This document shows, in pieces, positions 34,371-49,200 of a stretch of DNA of 64,000 bases. The DNA is taken from contig CM120642.1 in the NCBI GenBank assembly GCA_051362555.1, positions 5,580,001 through 5,644,000 on the forward strand, given 5' to 3'. Positions within the stretch are counted from its first letter, which is position 1, and each line of letters opens with the position of its first letter. The DNA comes from Lingula anatina (lineage: Eukaryota > Animalia > Brachiopoda). The translations under genes and the position numbers were made by a program. The notes beneath the pieces are model-generated. The model was not told the DNA's origin, did no database searches, and worked only from the letters and a program-made list of their open reading frames with translations.

Positions 34371-37300
34371 TTATTTCAATTACTTATAGAACTGATAATG
34401 TTTCAAATTCATGTAGCATTTCACTTAATGAGAAGAAGGCTTGTGAATTTTCAATTATAGTAATTTATTGCAAAAAACAACAATAACCATTACAATGCAG
34501 TGGGAATTATGTTTATAAAGCGCAACACAGCTACTGTATTTCACAAGTGGAAATAATCTTACACTAATGTATTTTTTGTACACTCATTATACGCACACCC
34601 TAAACAATAGCGAATACCATTAAGAAATTTACCTAGTAAAATAATTACGCAAATAAATACGAACCACATTTAAATACGACTTTCCAGAACAAAATCTAAG
34701 CAAAAGTACAATTATAGGAACGTCACAGATTCATAAATAGTCAGGCTTTTTCCATTATTTATCTGACATCTGGTAAACATATGATGAAAACGAAAACGAC
34801 TACTACTTATCCATCGACTTAATGTATTTGCAGAGAGTGGCCGCTCGTTAAATAACATGCCAATTATGTGTGCCCTAATTGCCCGACCCCGTTTTAAAAA
34901 TTACACTCATTAGGTATTTTTGTTGAGTAAGGCGATGAAGCCTAGCTTCCAAGGAAAGATGAAATATTGTCACCAAAACCCCTACAAAATGCGTAGGCTA
35001 AAGAAATAAAATAACATTAAAAATATGGAAAAATTAAAAACAAGAGAAACGCAACACATTATGTACCTGAAATATCCGACTAACTTAAAGTATTTAATCA
35101 AAATCAAATAAATGCTGCTCAAATTCTAAGAGAAAAATGTACTTTCAGAATAAATCTGTAGAAAATACAGCTATTTATTTCTTGAGGTGGGTTAAACGTT
35201 CATCTTATTTAGCGTGATTCGTGAAGCACCCCATTCACGCGACTTGTGAATGCAATTGTTTATTCTGCGCCCTTCGTGAAACGAAGACATTATACCCGGT
35301 GATACGTGATTTTCAGGATATTTTTAAAATGCCTACTATCAGTGAGATAATAATACACTGTAATTTGTGTATTGATGATTTAGCTTCCCGCGTACTGTGG
35401 TCATTCCCCTCCCCAATTGGACTTTCAAGACTGGGCCTGAATTAAAACATATCAGTTTACTTGGGATCACAGCAAAATAATATACAAATATATGTTCAAA
35501 TGTAAGAAGTACTGATCTCATTGTAATAACAATATATATAAAAACAGTAAGTAAAAATCAATCACCGCAAAGGAGATATATTAACATTTTTCATGTTGAA
35601 TACTGTGATATTATCAAATCTACAACTTTGGACTCTAATCGTCCTTGCGTGTAAATTATTTTCCACACATGAGCATTTCTTTAGCCTGGCAGACCCCCTC
35701 GTCAGATATTTCTGCCGTTGCCCCTTTCAACGTCTTCCCCTTGTTCAGTGCTGCTATCGCCCTTTCCTTTTTTCCAGTGCGGTGTCCTTCTTAACGGTTC
35801 CTGTGAAGATATAACGAAATGATATCAAAATATAATGTGTAATAACGTATTAAACATAACTGGGTAAAGGGAACAGCATGTCTGACTAAAAAAATTCAGA
35901 CAAAGTATCAGGATTGAGAATTACAAGAATGCATGTAGCCTACCATTACAACAGACATGGAGAATGTAATAAAATCAAAGACTTGGTAATTTATCAACAC
36001 ACATTGATAATCAATTATTAAAAATGAAAATATTTGAATATTATGAAAATAACAAAAGGAATAAAACCACTTACTGTCTTCATCCTCTCGTTTTTCCTGT
36101 ACATATACTTTGTACTCGGTCTCTGTGGCTATCTTCACACCACACCACATCCTCCCCTTTGTAGTTGCGATTTAATATTCGTTGTTTAGGGGTGGTCGGC
36201 TCATGTCTTAGTTAAACTAACTCTTATCAAAATAACACGATCCAGGACTGGGCCCCTGGGGACGTGTGTTTTGACAGCGCCCCTGGTTAAAAGCTTTGAG
36301 ATTGTTTTTGGGACGTTAGAGTTTAGATTGAAGTAAAAAAGTTCCTTAGATGCGTTATCACATGCTTGTGAAGAGATGACAACGGTGATAGAACGTGTCC
36401 GTCTTATAATTCTGATTCAAATTATGTTAGATAACTATTTATTGCCGTATTCAATATTATCGACTTCACTTAAGTATGATGTGAGAGAGGTGTCTCGCCT
36501 CTGTATGTGTTTGACCTGAAGGGCCGACTGTACGAGATACACACAGTGCGGCTGGGGAAACGAAAAAAAAAGGGTGGGGGGGTTGGACTGGTTGCAGAAA
36601 GCGCTTTTCGGTTAACAAGTGACCTTCATCAGCTGCAGAGTCCTGAAAAAGAGAGAGGGGGGGGGGACTGTGCTTAAACAAAGAAGTGAGAAACCAAAAC
36701 ACTTGGATTAAGCTATTAGGTTTAAGCCTTCATCACCGCGGTTGGAGAGAGGTTACATAAAAGATTAAATAGCTTATTGGCCACCATACTGCTTGTTACA
36801 CTGACCTCAGCTCATGAGCCATCTCTCGACCATCGTGTTTCAATGGTACTTCATGTGAAAAATGTGTTAATTACTGGTAGCAATCCCCATACCAACACAA
36901 CCGAATCCGGCTGTCATCTAAAGCAGGCCTGTCCTTCTCTGTCAAAGCCCAGAACTTATAAACAAAACAGCCGTTTTTGACTTGCGGCGATTTACTTATT
37001 TTCATGTGAAAAATGAATTTCTATGAAGAAATCAGTATATTGCGATATGCTACATTTTCATTAGCAGAAACCTTGTAAAAGTGACACAGTTAAATGCTAG
37101 TCAGTTATGTTGCTGCAACCAGAGTTGCATATCCAAGGCCACGGCCAAACTTTTAATAATCAAACAGCATGGCCTTTGACCAAGTCTTATTCATTATAAT
37201 TCATTGCAATTTTATGGAAATAATGATCATGCTTTAAAAATAGACTTTGATATCGCTTCTAAGCAATCTGTATTAATTTAAAATGGTTTTTGAGACGACT

Positions 37301-38095
37301 GTGAATTGGACTGGATTTGATAGATCAAATAAAACTTTTAGGGCTAAATCAGCAAAGAGAAATGAAATGATGAATAACGAAATATGATAAGCCCTCGGGG
37401 GAAGCTTCCTCAGGAGAGATGTTCTTATGATCGGGATGATCACGCCTTTCGACAATATATACATGTAGCGCACCTAAGATAATAAAATGAAATTTTGAAA
37501 GGAATTAACAATATAAATCTTTCAGTTCCATTGAAATCTCATGTTCTTAAATGTCAGTCACAATCCGATAACGACCGTCACATAATACCAAGGCAGGACC
37601 CCTGCGGAAAAACGTTGTTCAGTCGCGAAGAAAGACGAACGAGATTACGCCTGTTGAAAGGCCTTGTAAAAGAGAAAGGGGTACTCCTGCGCGGAAAAAC
37701 GTCATTCAGTCTCGCGTTGTAAAGGCCAGCTTGCACTGTTCCGACGTCATTCCGCGGAGGCTGAAAAATCGGAAATATTTGTTTTTGTGCTGTGTAAATT
37801 GTACTGCCAAATACCCGTGACTGTCATGATGAGTCTGAAGATATTGACTGAGAAGGTGCTGCTTTTGAAAAACCAAGAATACCAGTGGAGAGGACCCTGG
37901 TAACTCCCATACATTCTGTGCCTTTCCCCAAGTTTACTTTCCAGTCTTCAGGTGTTTGGTGAGAATGCTGGAAATAACTGGTTAGTGTTTGTCAGCTGAC
38001 CATTAAGTTATTTTCATTGTATTTTTGCTTGGCTGTTAATCTCTATGAAGGACTACACTTTTCTGGGGTGTTCATCAGTATATCCCTTACGAAAA

Positions 38096-38205
38096 TTTCC
38101 TATAGGATCCTATAAGATTTCCTATAGGAAATTGTCCCTTTTTCCTATAGGATCCTATAGGAAATCTTATAGGATCCTATAGGAAATCTTATAGGAACCT
38201 ATAGA
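38096..38205. repeat. Palindromic array of CCTATAGG units (MITE-like)
   Basis: TTTCCTATAGGATCCTATAAGATTTCCTATAGG repeated in both orientations. Confidence 0.75.
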
Positions 38206-38915
38206 AATTCATATTAACTGCTTTGAATATTTTTACAGCTTTTTATATATTGTTGGATCTTTGGCAAAATTGGTAATAAGCACTGGTCCCTCAAAAAAGA
38301 GAATATCATGTTTACATTCTTTATTTAATATGTATAAATGTATGTACATATTCCACAGTATGGTATGCAACCAGCTTACTAGAGAATTGTTTTATTGATT
38401 TTTGCAAATTTAATGGTGTTGCTACTGCTGTTTAATTATAAGTTCTATAAGTTATCACAAGTATCCAATATGTCTTGTCAAGCTGTGGCGTCACTGTCTT
38501 TTTCTTGTGTGAGTTCGAACTCCTGCCAGAATGAGTGGCTAAAGCCTCCCCTGGCCATACCGTGTCCATTGTCAGCATACCGCTTTAGTCACTTAATAAT
38601 TGAAGAATTTCAGACCAAAGTCTTTTGCACATTGTTCAACTTTACTGTGGTAAGTCTTTTGCACATTGTTCAACTTTACTGTGATGGCCTTCTTAACCTC
38701 CGTCTGAGTTGTGTTGAACCATTTGCAGATGTATTCTGAAAGACAGACATTGTGAATTTCAATTAACTGTACATGTCTACAAAAATGCAAAATGATGAAG
38801 GAAAATTTTTCTAATGAGATCAATAATAATCATTGCACAAATTCTATTTTGAGCAATTCATAGCCTTTATTAGTTAACTGAATTTTTTTCAAAGACAAGG
38901 TTTTAAAGCTGGATA

Positions 38916-38920
<5 letters not shown>

Positions 38921-39006
<86 letters not shown>
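38921..39006. repeat. poly(A) + (TA)n microsatellite; a second (TA)n lies at 39743-39794
   Basis: Direct reading. Confidence 0.95.
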
Positions 39007-39009
<3 letters not shown>

Positions 39010-39740
39010 AACATGAACATATTTCATAGGACCAAGTCCACAGGAACAATCAGAAATGAATTTTAAAATGCAGAAATTCGCAGTGGAGAAAACTCTACTC
39101 TGGTTAAATATGCAATTGGACTATTACAGAGCTGCCAGGGCCAAAAAAGTCCCAAAAACTCATTTCCGAGGGTAAACAGTAATTCCCTATTCTCACCAGT
39201 CTTTGCTTGACCTAAATCATCAGTCCAAACCACAAAAAAGCAATCCCCAAGTTAAAATTTATAGCTTTTGTGTAAGCAAAATGGTCAGATTTTCACAATG
39301 CACATTTCATTTCCATTATGTATAGGTTAGCAAAAAATATTTTTTAACAAACTATGGTGTTTACCTCACATTAAGGGATTGAAAAGAAATTAAAGGGAAA
39401 GAAAACTTGGCAAATAAACGATCCTGAAGAACGTGTGAGGTAATGAAATTTGCCCTGACAGCCCCTCTAACATGTTAATTGTATGTTATTTATTAGCATG
39501 GGTCTTCCTCAGTTATATATATATCATGATGGTCCCTTGGAGGCAGTTGTGGATAACATTAAATAGATAATTTTTAATAAATCACAAACCAAAAGTTAAA
39601 TGAAATGTCATTTTTTTTAGATTCAACTGCATTTAAAGAAATATGAACAATTGATCACAGTTTTATAAGAAATAAAGAGACTAAACAATGATTGCATTAT
39701 GTATCCTTGTTTCTCATTATAAATTATAACTTGTTTAATG

Positions 39741-39798
<58 letters not shown>

Positions 39799-40589
39799 TT
39801 TACAAGGTACACTACAAATTAGATCAATTAATTATCTCATTTTCAATTTGATTAGATGCCCAAATGATCCAATGCATTACTCTAATACATACCTTCCTCA
39901 ATCCGATTTTTCTACACTCTGTACCCTTCCACTATGCTCCTGAATTTAAACTGTCTTGATAGCTGTATACTCATTTGCTGCTTGTCTCATATAAACAAAG
40001 ACTTAGACAGGATACCACACATCTGATAACACCTAATTGGCGGTTTAATCATTAAATTAAGATCTGCACTTCTGCCTTGTTCTCTTATTTTACTGATCAA
40101 GATTTATTTCTATTTACTAGTACTATTTTTGTCTCTTACATATTAAACTATTTAAAATTAGACCCTTCCAATTATAATTTTAAAAAATATCCCTAATCTA
40201 TTTAAAATTTACATTTCTGTTTTTAAAAATGCAAAATATTGAAATCTGTGTGATAAACAAAACTAAGTAAACATTTAAAATTCATGTCCTTAAAGCACTG
40301 TTCCTGGGAAATGTTCATTCAGCCTCTTGAATATGCACTGACCTTGTTAAAAGTTTTTTTGAAACTTTTTGCCTTTAAAATTAAAGCAGATAACAAGGTT
40401 CCAATAAACTCGTTGGCCAACTTGATCTGTCTATTCTGAGTGCAGGAGAAGCACCTGCCTCAGCAAGTTATGAATATTACCTTTGCCAAAACTGACATAC
40501 AATTAAGATCATCCCCGGCTGAAAATTCTTGAATATAATTTGTAATTAAATACATAACAAAGTAAAATTCATTAAAAATTTTAAAAAAC

Positions 40590-41090
40590 TTAAGCATAAC
40601 TTAAGCATAATAATCCCCAAACTTGACCTCCAGTCAGATTTGATTCTTTTGAGAGCACTGTATCCTCTCTCCACCTGTGAAGTGGACAGGGTGAACAAGG
40701 CAATTTCAATTAGCATTATTATATGTATTCTAATCTTTGTCTGGTCTCCTAGCCTTGAAACAAATCCATACACATATCTTTACTTTTAGGCCTATTCACT
40801 ATAAACATGCCACCTATGTGCTCTTTAAATGCAGGCCACTCTCAGTGGAAGTCTTGTGGGTCAAAGCCCATCCTGTTTAATACTTGAAGAAAGTATTGTT
40901 CCAGAACTTGTCTGCTATGAGAAAGGTTTCTAGGGTAAACAGTATCCAAGACTCTACAAAACACCATCTCTTGTTCAGTCACACCTGCATCAACAGCACC
41001 ATCACACAAAATCGTATATGGAAATAAATTTTCCTTGGTCTTGACTAGAACACCTCTTCCCTTATTGTCAGCTGATATGAAATTCGGGAA
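40590..41090 (-). pseudogene. Degraded hAT (ZNF862-like) transposase fragments
   Basis: YTILCDGAVDAGVTEQEMVFCR (first catalytic Asp region) and STSQVERGYSALKRIKSDWRSSL (hAT C-terminal dimerization motif). Confidence 0.75.
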
Positions 41091-41388
41091 TCTGTTAAAA
41101 ATAAATATAATGATAAAATCATACATGTAGGAAATAGAACGGATAAAGGTATGCTAGTAGTCCTACACATTGTATGTAAACAAAGTAAAACTATAACTTT
41201 GCAACAAAATATAACATTTCACTGGTACTGAACGTCAACAAGTGCATCTAAACTATGCGAAGGGAGGTTACTCCAAAATTATTTCTATACATTTCGGCGC
41301 TTATATGAAACTTAGTGAATGCAAAAAAGACCCACCTTTTAGTCTGCAAACCCAAAGCTATGTAACTTGAAAGGCAAACGGCAGATTT

Positions 41389-44300
41389 CAGCCCGGGAGC
41401 CACCGGCTCATATGACGGTTATTTTGGAGAACATTAGATTTGGCCTCGTTTTCAAAACTTGAAGCGGCGGCCTTAGCCAATTTGGCGGGAGGAGCAGGCA
41501 TAGAGACAGGTAAGATGAACAGACGTTTATACGCTGATATGTTGATAATTTTACTAATGCACTTGACAGAATGATAAAGTATATTCTCAAGCTATATTTT
41601 ATATACCATAGTAGTGTTTAAGTATCGGTTTCACTGAATCTTCTATCAAGTTACTGACGTGTTCCAAAATGGCGGCACACAGAACCCAAATGTAAACACG
41701 TTCTTTTGAATTGTGCCAAATGCAGATAACAATGATTTTTCTTTATCTGTTCAGTTTTTTTAATAGTCTAACATTTGTTTTTGAACAGGTAAAAAATTTA
41801 GGTAGGAACCTAACCTGTAACTTATCGATTTTCTACATTTCCGACAGGTACATGTAGTATATTTTGCAATGTTCCGAGTAACTACATGAGCAGTCTTGTG
41901 TTACATCTTGAATGAATGTCGATGTTAAATATTGAATTTTTGCATTTTCATGCAATTTTTTTGTGTTTTGAAGTAAACTAGATTAAATACTTCATGAAAT
42001 GACAGTGTGTGTTGTTGGGTCGATCACAGTAGAGTGAATACGGGGCAGTCTTGCCTCATGTCTTGTATGAATGTCACAATAAAATATTGAGAATTTGCCT
42101 TCTTATGCATTTTTTGTGCTTTGATGTTAATTAATAGAAATGGCTAGCAAAATGACATGTAGTATACTTGATTCTGTATAGATAGATAGGCCTATATTAT
42201 GAGAGGGGGATAGGTCACTTTTGAGGATATGAAAGCCATTTTTTAGATATTCTGCATATTCATTTTCATGCTATTACTTTGCATTTTGATTTAAGTAAGA
42301 TGAAAAAAATGTAATATTTTGAAATTTCCATGAAAAAGGAGTGAAACTTGTATAAACTGATAAAAATATTTCAGTTATTTATTATTATCATGCACAAGAA
42401 TGCCCAAAAAATTATAGGTTTAATATTTTATCTACCTTTTCATACTTTCAGTGACCTAAAGTGTTGACAGTTCAAAGGCTTGTGTTATAACAATTAGGAT
42501 GTCAGTGTTACACAGCTGAATATACAAGTATACATTGCCAATTAGTGAGTAACTTTTCATATCAATTTGTTGGTATATATCACTTGGACATATTTTTTAT
42601 TTTAATCATAAATTGAATAATATATCATGCCCAAGAGAAAGCTTAGCTAGGACATTTACCCATGTGTTTTCCTTGTGGTCCCTGTCCAAGGTGTGGGAAA
42701 GTCTATTTATAGTTGTTGGATGCTGATGTCAGTGAAAAGCAGTGTTATCTGCCCTGCATGTGTGTGCATGGTATGAGTGTGGGGCCACACATGCTTGTAA
42801 ATTATAGTTGTGAAAGATACAAAACCAACCACAAGCATCTTTTTAAAAATATGAATAACAAATTTTGACTTTTAACATGTTTGCCCCTTTGGCAGGTTAC
42901 AAATGTACGATATCAATATGGGGGAAAACTTGTTAGTCAAAATAAGTTTTGTTACATTTTTTACCCCCATTTGTTGACCATTTGCAATACATACGTGCAT
43001 ACTGTGCATCATAAAATGCCAAGTGCTATAACATTGTGTATATGTTTTCAAATTGTGATAGCCATCATAGGCAAATTTTTGTTAGAGGGAACAGTTTATT
43101 TTTGTTTAAAATCTCCCACACACACAAACACGTGGGTTATAAGTATGTGAGGGAAAAATGTTTCATGAAAAAAAGAACATTACATTAACAAAATTCCTCC
43201 TTTGTTTTAATTTATAAATATTGTTTACCAGTACAATAATTTGTGTATTATAGTTGTGAACACTGTAGTTTGTAGACTTCAGAGCTTCATTTAAATGGGA
43301 ATTTAATTGATTTGAAGATTCGCATGTTTGCCACTGCTCAGCTCTTGATGATGAGCTCATTGATCAATATTGATACACTTTTAGATATTACTATTTTAGA
43401 TAATTCGATTGATACCAGCTTCCCTATTATCAAGATTGTGGTTTATTATTTATACTGATTTTAGTGTGTGTCGTTGTTGTGTGTGTGTGTGTAAAGATAT
43501 ATGCAGTTAGAAAAGTGTTTTTGAATGTTAGTTTTTAAATCTTTTTAATGTTTTAATCTAATATTTTTCTAGGCTTGAAGAACATGAAAGGGACCAGGAT
43601 TAATCATTTTGCCATTCCTTGGCAATTATGACAGAAGCTCAAGCAGCTATCATGAAGCCATAAATAAAGTTATTTAATCCTTTTAAAACTGAAAACATTC
43701 TTTTAAAACTTGGTTGCAGTTCTTTCTAATGAATAAAATACATTAACAGATTCATGTAACATCATTAAATGTGAAAGTTTTTAAATGAAGTTTGGCTGTG
43801 AAATCACCACTATGACACTTACAAAAATAAATTAAAATGAAAATATAGACTGGTACAGGACTAACTGGTATCAGTGAAATAAATTTCTGATCCCAGGTAA
43901 ATTAATAAAATTATATTAATTGTTTATATTGATCCTGATTTTAAAAGGAGTAGTTTGTCCTGTGGCTATAACTGTATGTTATGATCATGAAGTGTAAAAT
44001 AATTGCCATATCAATGTGTTGCTAAAGTAAAAAATAATTTTTGCCACAAATATACATGTATATTTGCATCAGCTTTAATCCCTGTTGGCTTTCACAATAT
44101 TGATATTTTTGTTCATGATATTATATAAGTTTTAAATGTTGTATAGTGGTTCATATGTAACAAAAAAAAAAAAGCAAATTAAATTGATAAAAAAAGTCTT
44201 GTTTGTTTTGTTTTTATTATCATTTCAATAAAAAGAAACTGGCAGCGGGTGGCCTCATGTAATAGATAAATGTTTATTTACAAAAAAAAAAATATGAAAT

Positions 44301-44652
44301 GTTTGTATCTTCATTTCCTCTATTCTTCCTGTGCAAGCTTCTTCTTCTCTATATAGACAATATTGTGCGGGTGGGGAATTCAAAACGAGGTTAAATTACA
44401 ACAAGAATGTACTAAGTCAAAACGAGGCTGGCTTGCGGTTGTTGCAAGTACCAATTTTTTTACATACACGGGTGTGAATTGATTTGTGCCATTCCTGGAT
44501 AACGGTAAAGTTCCTTACATGCTTACATTGACAGAAAGCTGAATAAATTTGCCACAATTTACTGATAATTTGAAGTTGGAACCTGTTCTCTAAAAATGCA
44601 AGCATTAGAGGTAAAGTTGAACTCCCGTTACGGCTTTGGTAAAACTTCGATT
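41389..44652 (+). mobile_element. Terminal arm of the CAGCCCGGG family, probably the left end of the Academ element
   Basis: Starts CAGCCCGGGAGCCACCGG; ~3.2 kb inverted homology to ~58480-61598, then continues into unique sequence leading to the Academ ORF. Confidence 0.75.
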
Positions 44653-46250
44653 GTAAAATGAACATTTCAATTTCCACGAAAGCCTTGTATCAGTTGTCTA
44701 AATATAGCACACGCATTTTTGTCAAGCAGATCGTGTAATTTTGTACCCTAAAATGAAATGATTGTAGAAAAAATGGACAAACTTACTTTATTGATATTAT
44801 AACGATTTATGCAACTATATATGCTGGAATTGAGCCAAAAAGAATAAAAAATTTGTACAACCGCCCTTTTTTGTGAAATCCCTATTTTAGTGCGAAGTAT
44901 GTAGGTCAGTCGAAACTAGGACTTTCACGTTGCACTAAGCAAGTCACTCGAAAGCGCTTTTCTCGGTAAATCTCGGACTTGTTGTAAAAATATTAAAATA
45001 GTCTATTACTTATATTATAACAAGTTTACATTTTCTGAAAATTTACGGTTTTAGTGTACATTACAATTATTTCGCTGGATGATTCTCTGTTTTATGTTGA
45101 TCTTGTTGGGCCTGAGGGAAGCGGGATCCGGTGCTCGTTCATCCTCTGGATGTATTGGGTTATTTTATGGTAATCATATTCAATTTTATTATAAACACGA
45201 CGAACAGATTGATTTGCATGGAATTAGTGAGGTTTGAAAAGGCGTTATGAAGCCACGTCCACCCGCTGAAGACATAGACTAGCACTTGCACTTGGACGTG
45301 CCCACTCCTAGTGCTAAGGGCGAACAGCAATTTCTTTTCAACAGAACAGTGGAAGCAGATGAGAGATTTGGCAGATATGCCATGTACTTGTCTTACTCTT
45401 AAGGTGAGTTCAAACACAACATTAATTTACACTTACAAATACATATATTTTGTGTAATATAACCAATTACACTTGTGTTGGCTTAAAGTTGTGTCGAATT
45501 AGAAATGGTCGCATGTTTTCCAAGTTTGATATAAAGTTTGATATAAAGTTGCAATTTGCGTAGTGATATTTGTTGACACAGATAGGCGCCATGTTTTGAA
45601 GAGTCAAAGTCTTTATGTCCAATATATATTTGAATATATTTTTATTGTGAGTACGGCAAGGTTCTTTTAAATACACACGTTGACTTTATTCTAGATTGAA
45701 GTTTCTTGCACTGACTTTTAAGTCTTACTCGAAATAGTTAACATTTTCTTTTCCAATTTCATTTTTGCAATATTGTCATCTTCAAAATTTGTCACTTGCT
45801 TGTTGAAGACAGCTATTGAATTTTGTCTGGGTAGCCTGTATTTTTATTATTTTTATTTATTTTTTAATTTTTAATTAGTGTCTTATTCATTCTTTTGTTA
45901 CTATCAGTATTTTTCAGTCAAATTTTTTTTAATGTCATTGTCATCCAATTTTCTTTTATTTTTATAAATTACCATTTGGCTACAATCCCTTTCTCAAAAT
46001 CCACCCTAGTGTATGTAATGTTGTCACATCTGTTTCTCACTTTCACTTTGTTCACTTTGTCAATTTCTTCTTGCACCATCTGCATCTCACATCTCTGCTA
46101 GTGTCATTCATCTCCAGCTATTTCATTGAAGTAAATTAATTGTGAGATTATCGCAAAAACAATATTTCAACTACTTTTTTATTTTGTCACAGCTTCTAGA
46201 CCATTCAATTATTTAATTTATCTCTATTCAATTTTTTTTCATAGTAGGTC

Positions 46251-49200
46251 ATGTCTAACATCCTCATTCCTGGTGGTGATTTCATTTTCATTGATTCTGA
46301 AGAAGAATGGCCATCATTGCCAAAATCTTCAGGCAAATTGTCATTTTTAAGTTTGCCCATCAGTACGTCTCGTCCTTGTCATGGGCCATCACCTACACAT
46401 TATAAAATAGATCCAAAACCAGTACCAAAAAAAACAAAAAGAAAATTCACTCCTGTTAAGAGACATGAAATTAAGAGTTCTTATCAAAGAAAACTTGACA
46501 GTAAAGTATTCAGATTGAAGCCCAGTACCAGCAGTGAGAAGAATTTGCAAAATGTCAGTTTTACTCTTCCATTACAAAACAGATTTAGTTGCCTGACAGT
46601 AGAAGATGGATGGTTGGAGGATGGGTTGGATGATTATGAGAGTATTGAATTGAAAGGGAAGGAATTACAGAGTAGAGAGAATGTTAAAAATATGAATATC
46701 AAAGATGATGTGGAGGAGAATATGTTGAATGACTATGAAGATGAAAAATGCATGAAAGAAAAGTTAGTTAAATTTGATGAAATGAGGGATGCAATTTTGG
46801 CACAGCTAAAAGAGAAAATGAGAATGAAAAAAAGAAAGAGAAGTAAGAAACCAAGAATGTTAGTTAAATAGGTGACTGATAGAATTGTTTACAAAAAAGA
46901 TAAGGGATATGATGAGATGGTCACAGACAAAAAAGTTAACCCTCCAAAAAGTACATCTGTAGATAGTAATAGTACTGGAGAGAGAACCAAGGAACAAAAG
47001 TTTTATTTAAATGTTTTGTTTTTGGAAAATGTTTTTGTACTTTGTTTTTAACATAGAAGGGTTTTGATTTCTGATGTCAAAAAAAAAAAAAAAAAAACTT
47101 GTTGAATTGGGTATATCTGATTTTCAGAAGCTAGTTTTCCAGGGAAAAGTTTGTAATGATCAAGATGAAATTGATATTCTTGATTTTCCAAACATAGAAT
47201 TGCATGGGGGGCTGTTGGGAGGGGGGAGGCCTGATGATACAGATATAGAGCATTTACCTTCGAAAAAGCTACGTCCATCTTGTTTTGTGAAAGATTTAGG
47301 GTTAGATTGCGAAAATGTAGATGTAAGATCATATCAGCATGGAAATTGTTCTTTTGATTTTGAGGATGTGCTCCCTTGTTTTGGTATAGCATCTGCTGTT
47401 AATTTGCCTGACCAAATTTATTTATGTAGAAAACACTTTTTTGACTTAGATAGGTTTAAAAAAGTATGTTTGGTGTGCAATAAAAAGAATAGAAGAATTG
47501 AGTATTTTCTGAAACAACAAGAGCAAGAGTTAGCCGGTCGTCATCTCAATTGTAATGTAAGTGATTCTTCTCCATTTTGTTTCACATGTTTTGTTCAAAT
47601 AAAGAGGAAGATCAGTCCAGATGCTATTAATGAAATTTGTTTTTCCAAAACAATTTATTTCCTTGACAACATACTTAAAGAAAGAAATGCAACCACTTTG
47701 AAAGAGATTTATGATACTTATGTTCATTACATTTGGGAATTTGTTCAGTGTTATGATGGTTACTTGAATTCAAAAGACTGGTTGAAAGATATGCTTAAAA
47801 GACATTATGGAAATAAAATTGTGTTAAAAACCTTCAAAGAAAATACATTTTGGGGAACTTTGATAATGAATTCTAATTGTGATCCATGTAAAGTTTTGTT
47901 GAAAATGTTAAATGACAAGTTTTTAGTCCAAAAGAACACTGAAGAGAATTCTATAACTTTTAAACGACAACAAGATATAAGAGAAAAAGTACGTGCTAAT
48001 GAGAAGAACAATTGTTTGGCAAGTGATGACAAAATTGATTCTAATACTTTATTTACTGTTTTATTTGAAGCCCGAACAAAATTATTATCAATGGCTAAGA
48101 AAATGGAAAAAAATCAATCAGTTCTCAACATCGCAGCATTTGACCCTGTTAAATTTAATTTTGAGTTTACTGACCCTTTTGTTTGGAATGTTATTAGTTT
48201 ATTATGTGTTACTAATAATGAATTTTTTGAGTTAAAGAAAGAAATGACAGATAATTTCGATTGGTATAACACTTTTTGTGGAAATTTTAATATAAGTAAC
48301 CCAAAAAACAAAACCCGTTTGCTTCAGAGTTCAAATATTATTTCTTCTCTTTTATTACATTGTCTGGAGGGAGGTGCTGGCACCCCATTCAGATAATTTG
48401 TACAGATTTTGTTGATAAGTTTTCACATTCCTCATCAGATTGCTTTAAAGTGCTAAATTCTTTTGGAAAAATTTTATCAGCAGATTCTTTTAATAGATTT
48501 CAGAAAATTATTTTAGAAACTGTTTTTAGTGATCCCTTAGTTGATTTAAGTCCAAATACATTTACAGTTGCTTCAGTTGATAATTTAAATTTCAGAGAGT
48601 GTCTGCACAGGTGAGGGTGTCTGACGTAGGTGGTAGAGGGTTAGATGGTTCCAGTGAACAAATTGTTCAACCAAAGCCAATAACATTAAAAAACAAAAGT
48701 CACATTCAAATCCCCACAGAAAAAATTCATTCTCAATCACTGTCTCATTTGAAAGAAACCAAGTTTTTTGACACAACAGATTTGGAAAATAAAAGTGCTG
48801 ACCTTTTTTGGGATGATTTATTTCAGTTTGTTTTTAGTAATTTTGCCAATTCAGTTAAAAACGCCGATACTCCCCCATTTCCTTTACGTTGTTTTTTTTG
48901 CTAACAAGTACCCTCAACTGAAAGAGGTTTCTAAAATTGTTTACCTTGGACTGCTCGATGAAAACATAGATAAATATGAAACTGTTCGTAGTGTTTTGGA
49001 CCATTTGTTTGTTTCTTTAAAAGTGGGAAAAGATCTGGATTATCTGGTGGTAGCTGGTGATGGCAAGGTATATTCTCATCTCATCAAAATTGTACAGGAA
49101 TCAAAAGGTGAACTTCATTGGTTTCTTCCTTATCTTGGCGAATTTCATACACTTAAAAACTTTCAACACGTTTTACTTAAAATTTATTATGATGCAGGTT

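Noticed and set aside
31050-38900. Numerous 60-115 aa ORFs
   Set aside because: No recognisable motifs, many non-ATG starts and low-complexity composition; treated as chance ORFs in intergenic or decayed repeat DNA.
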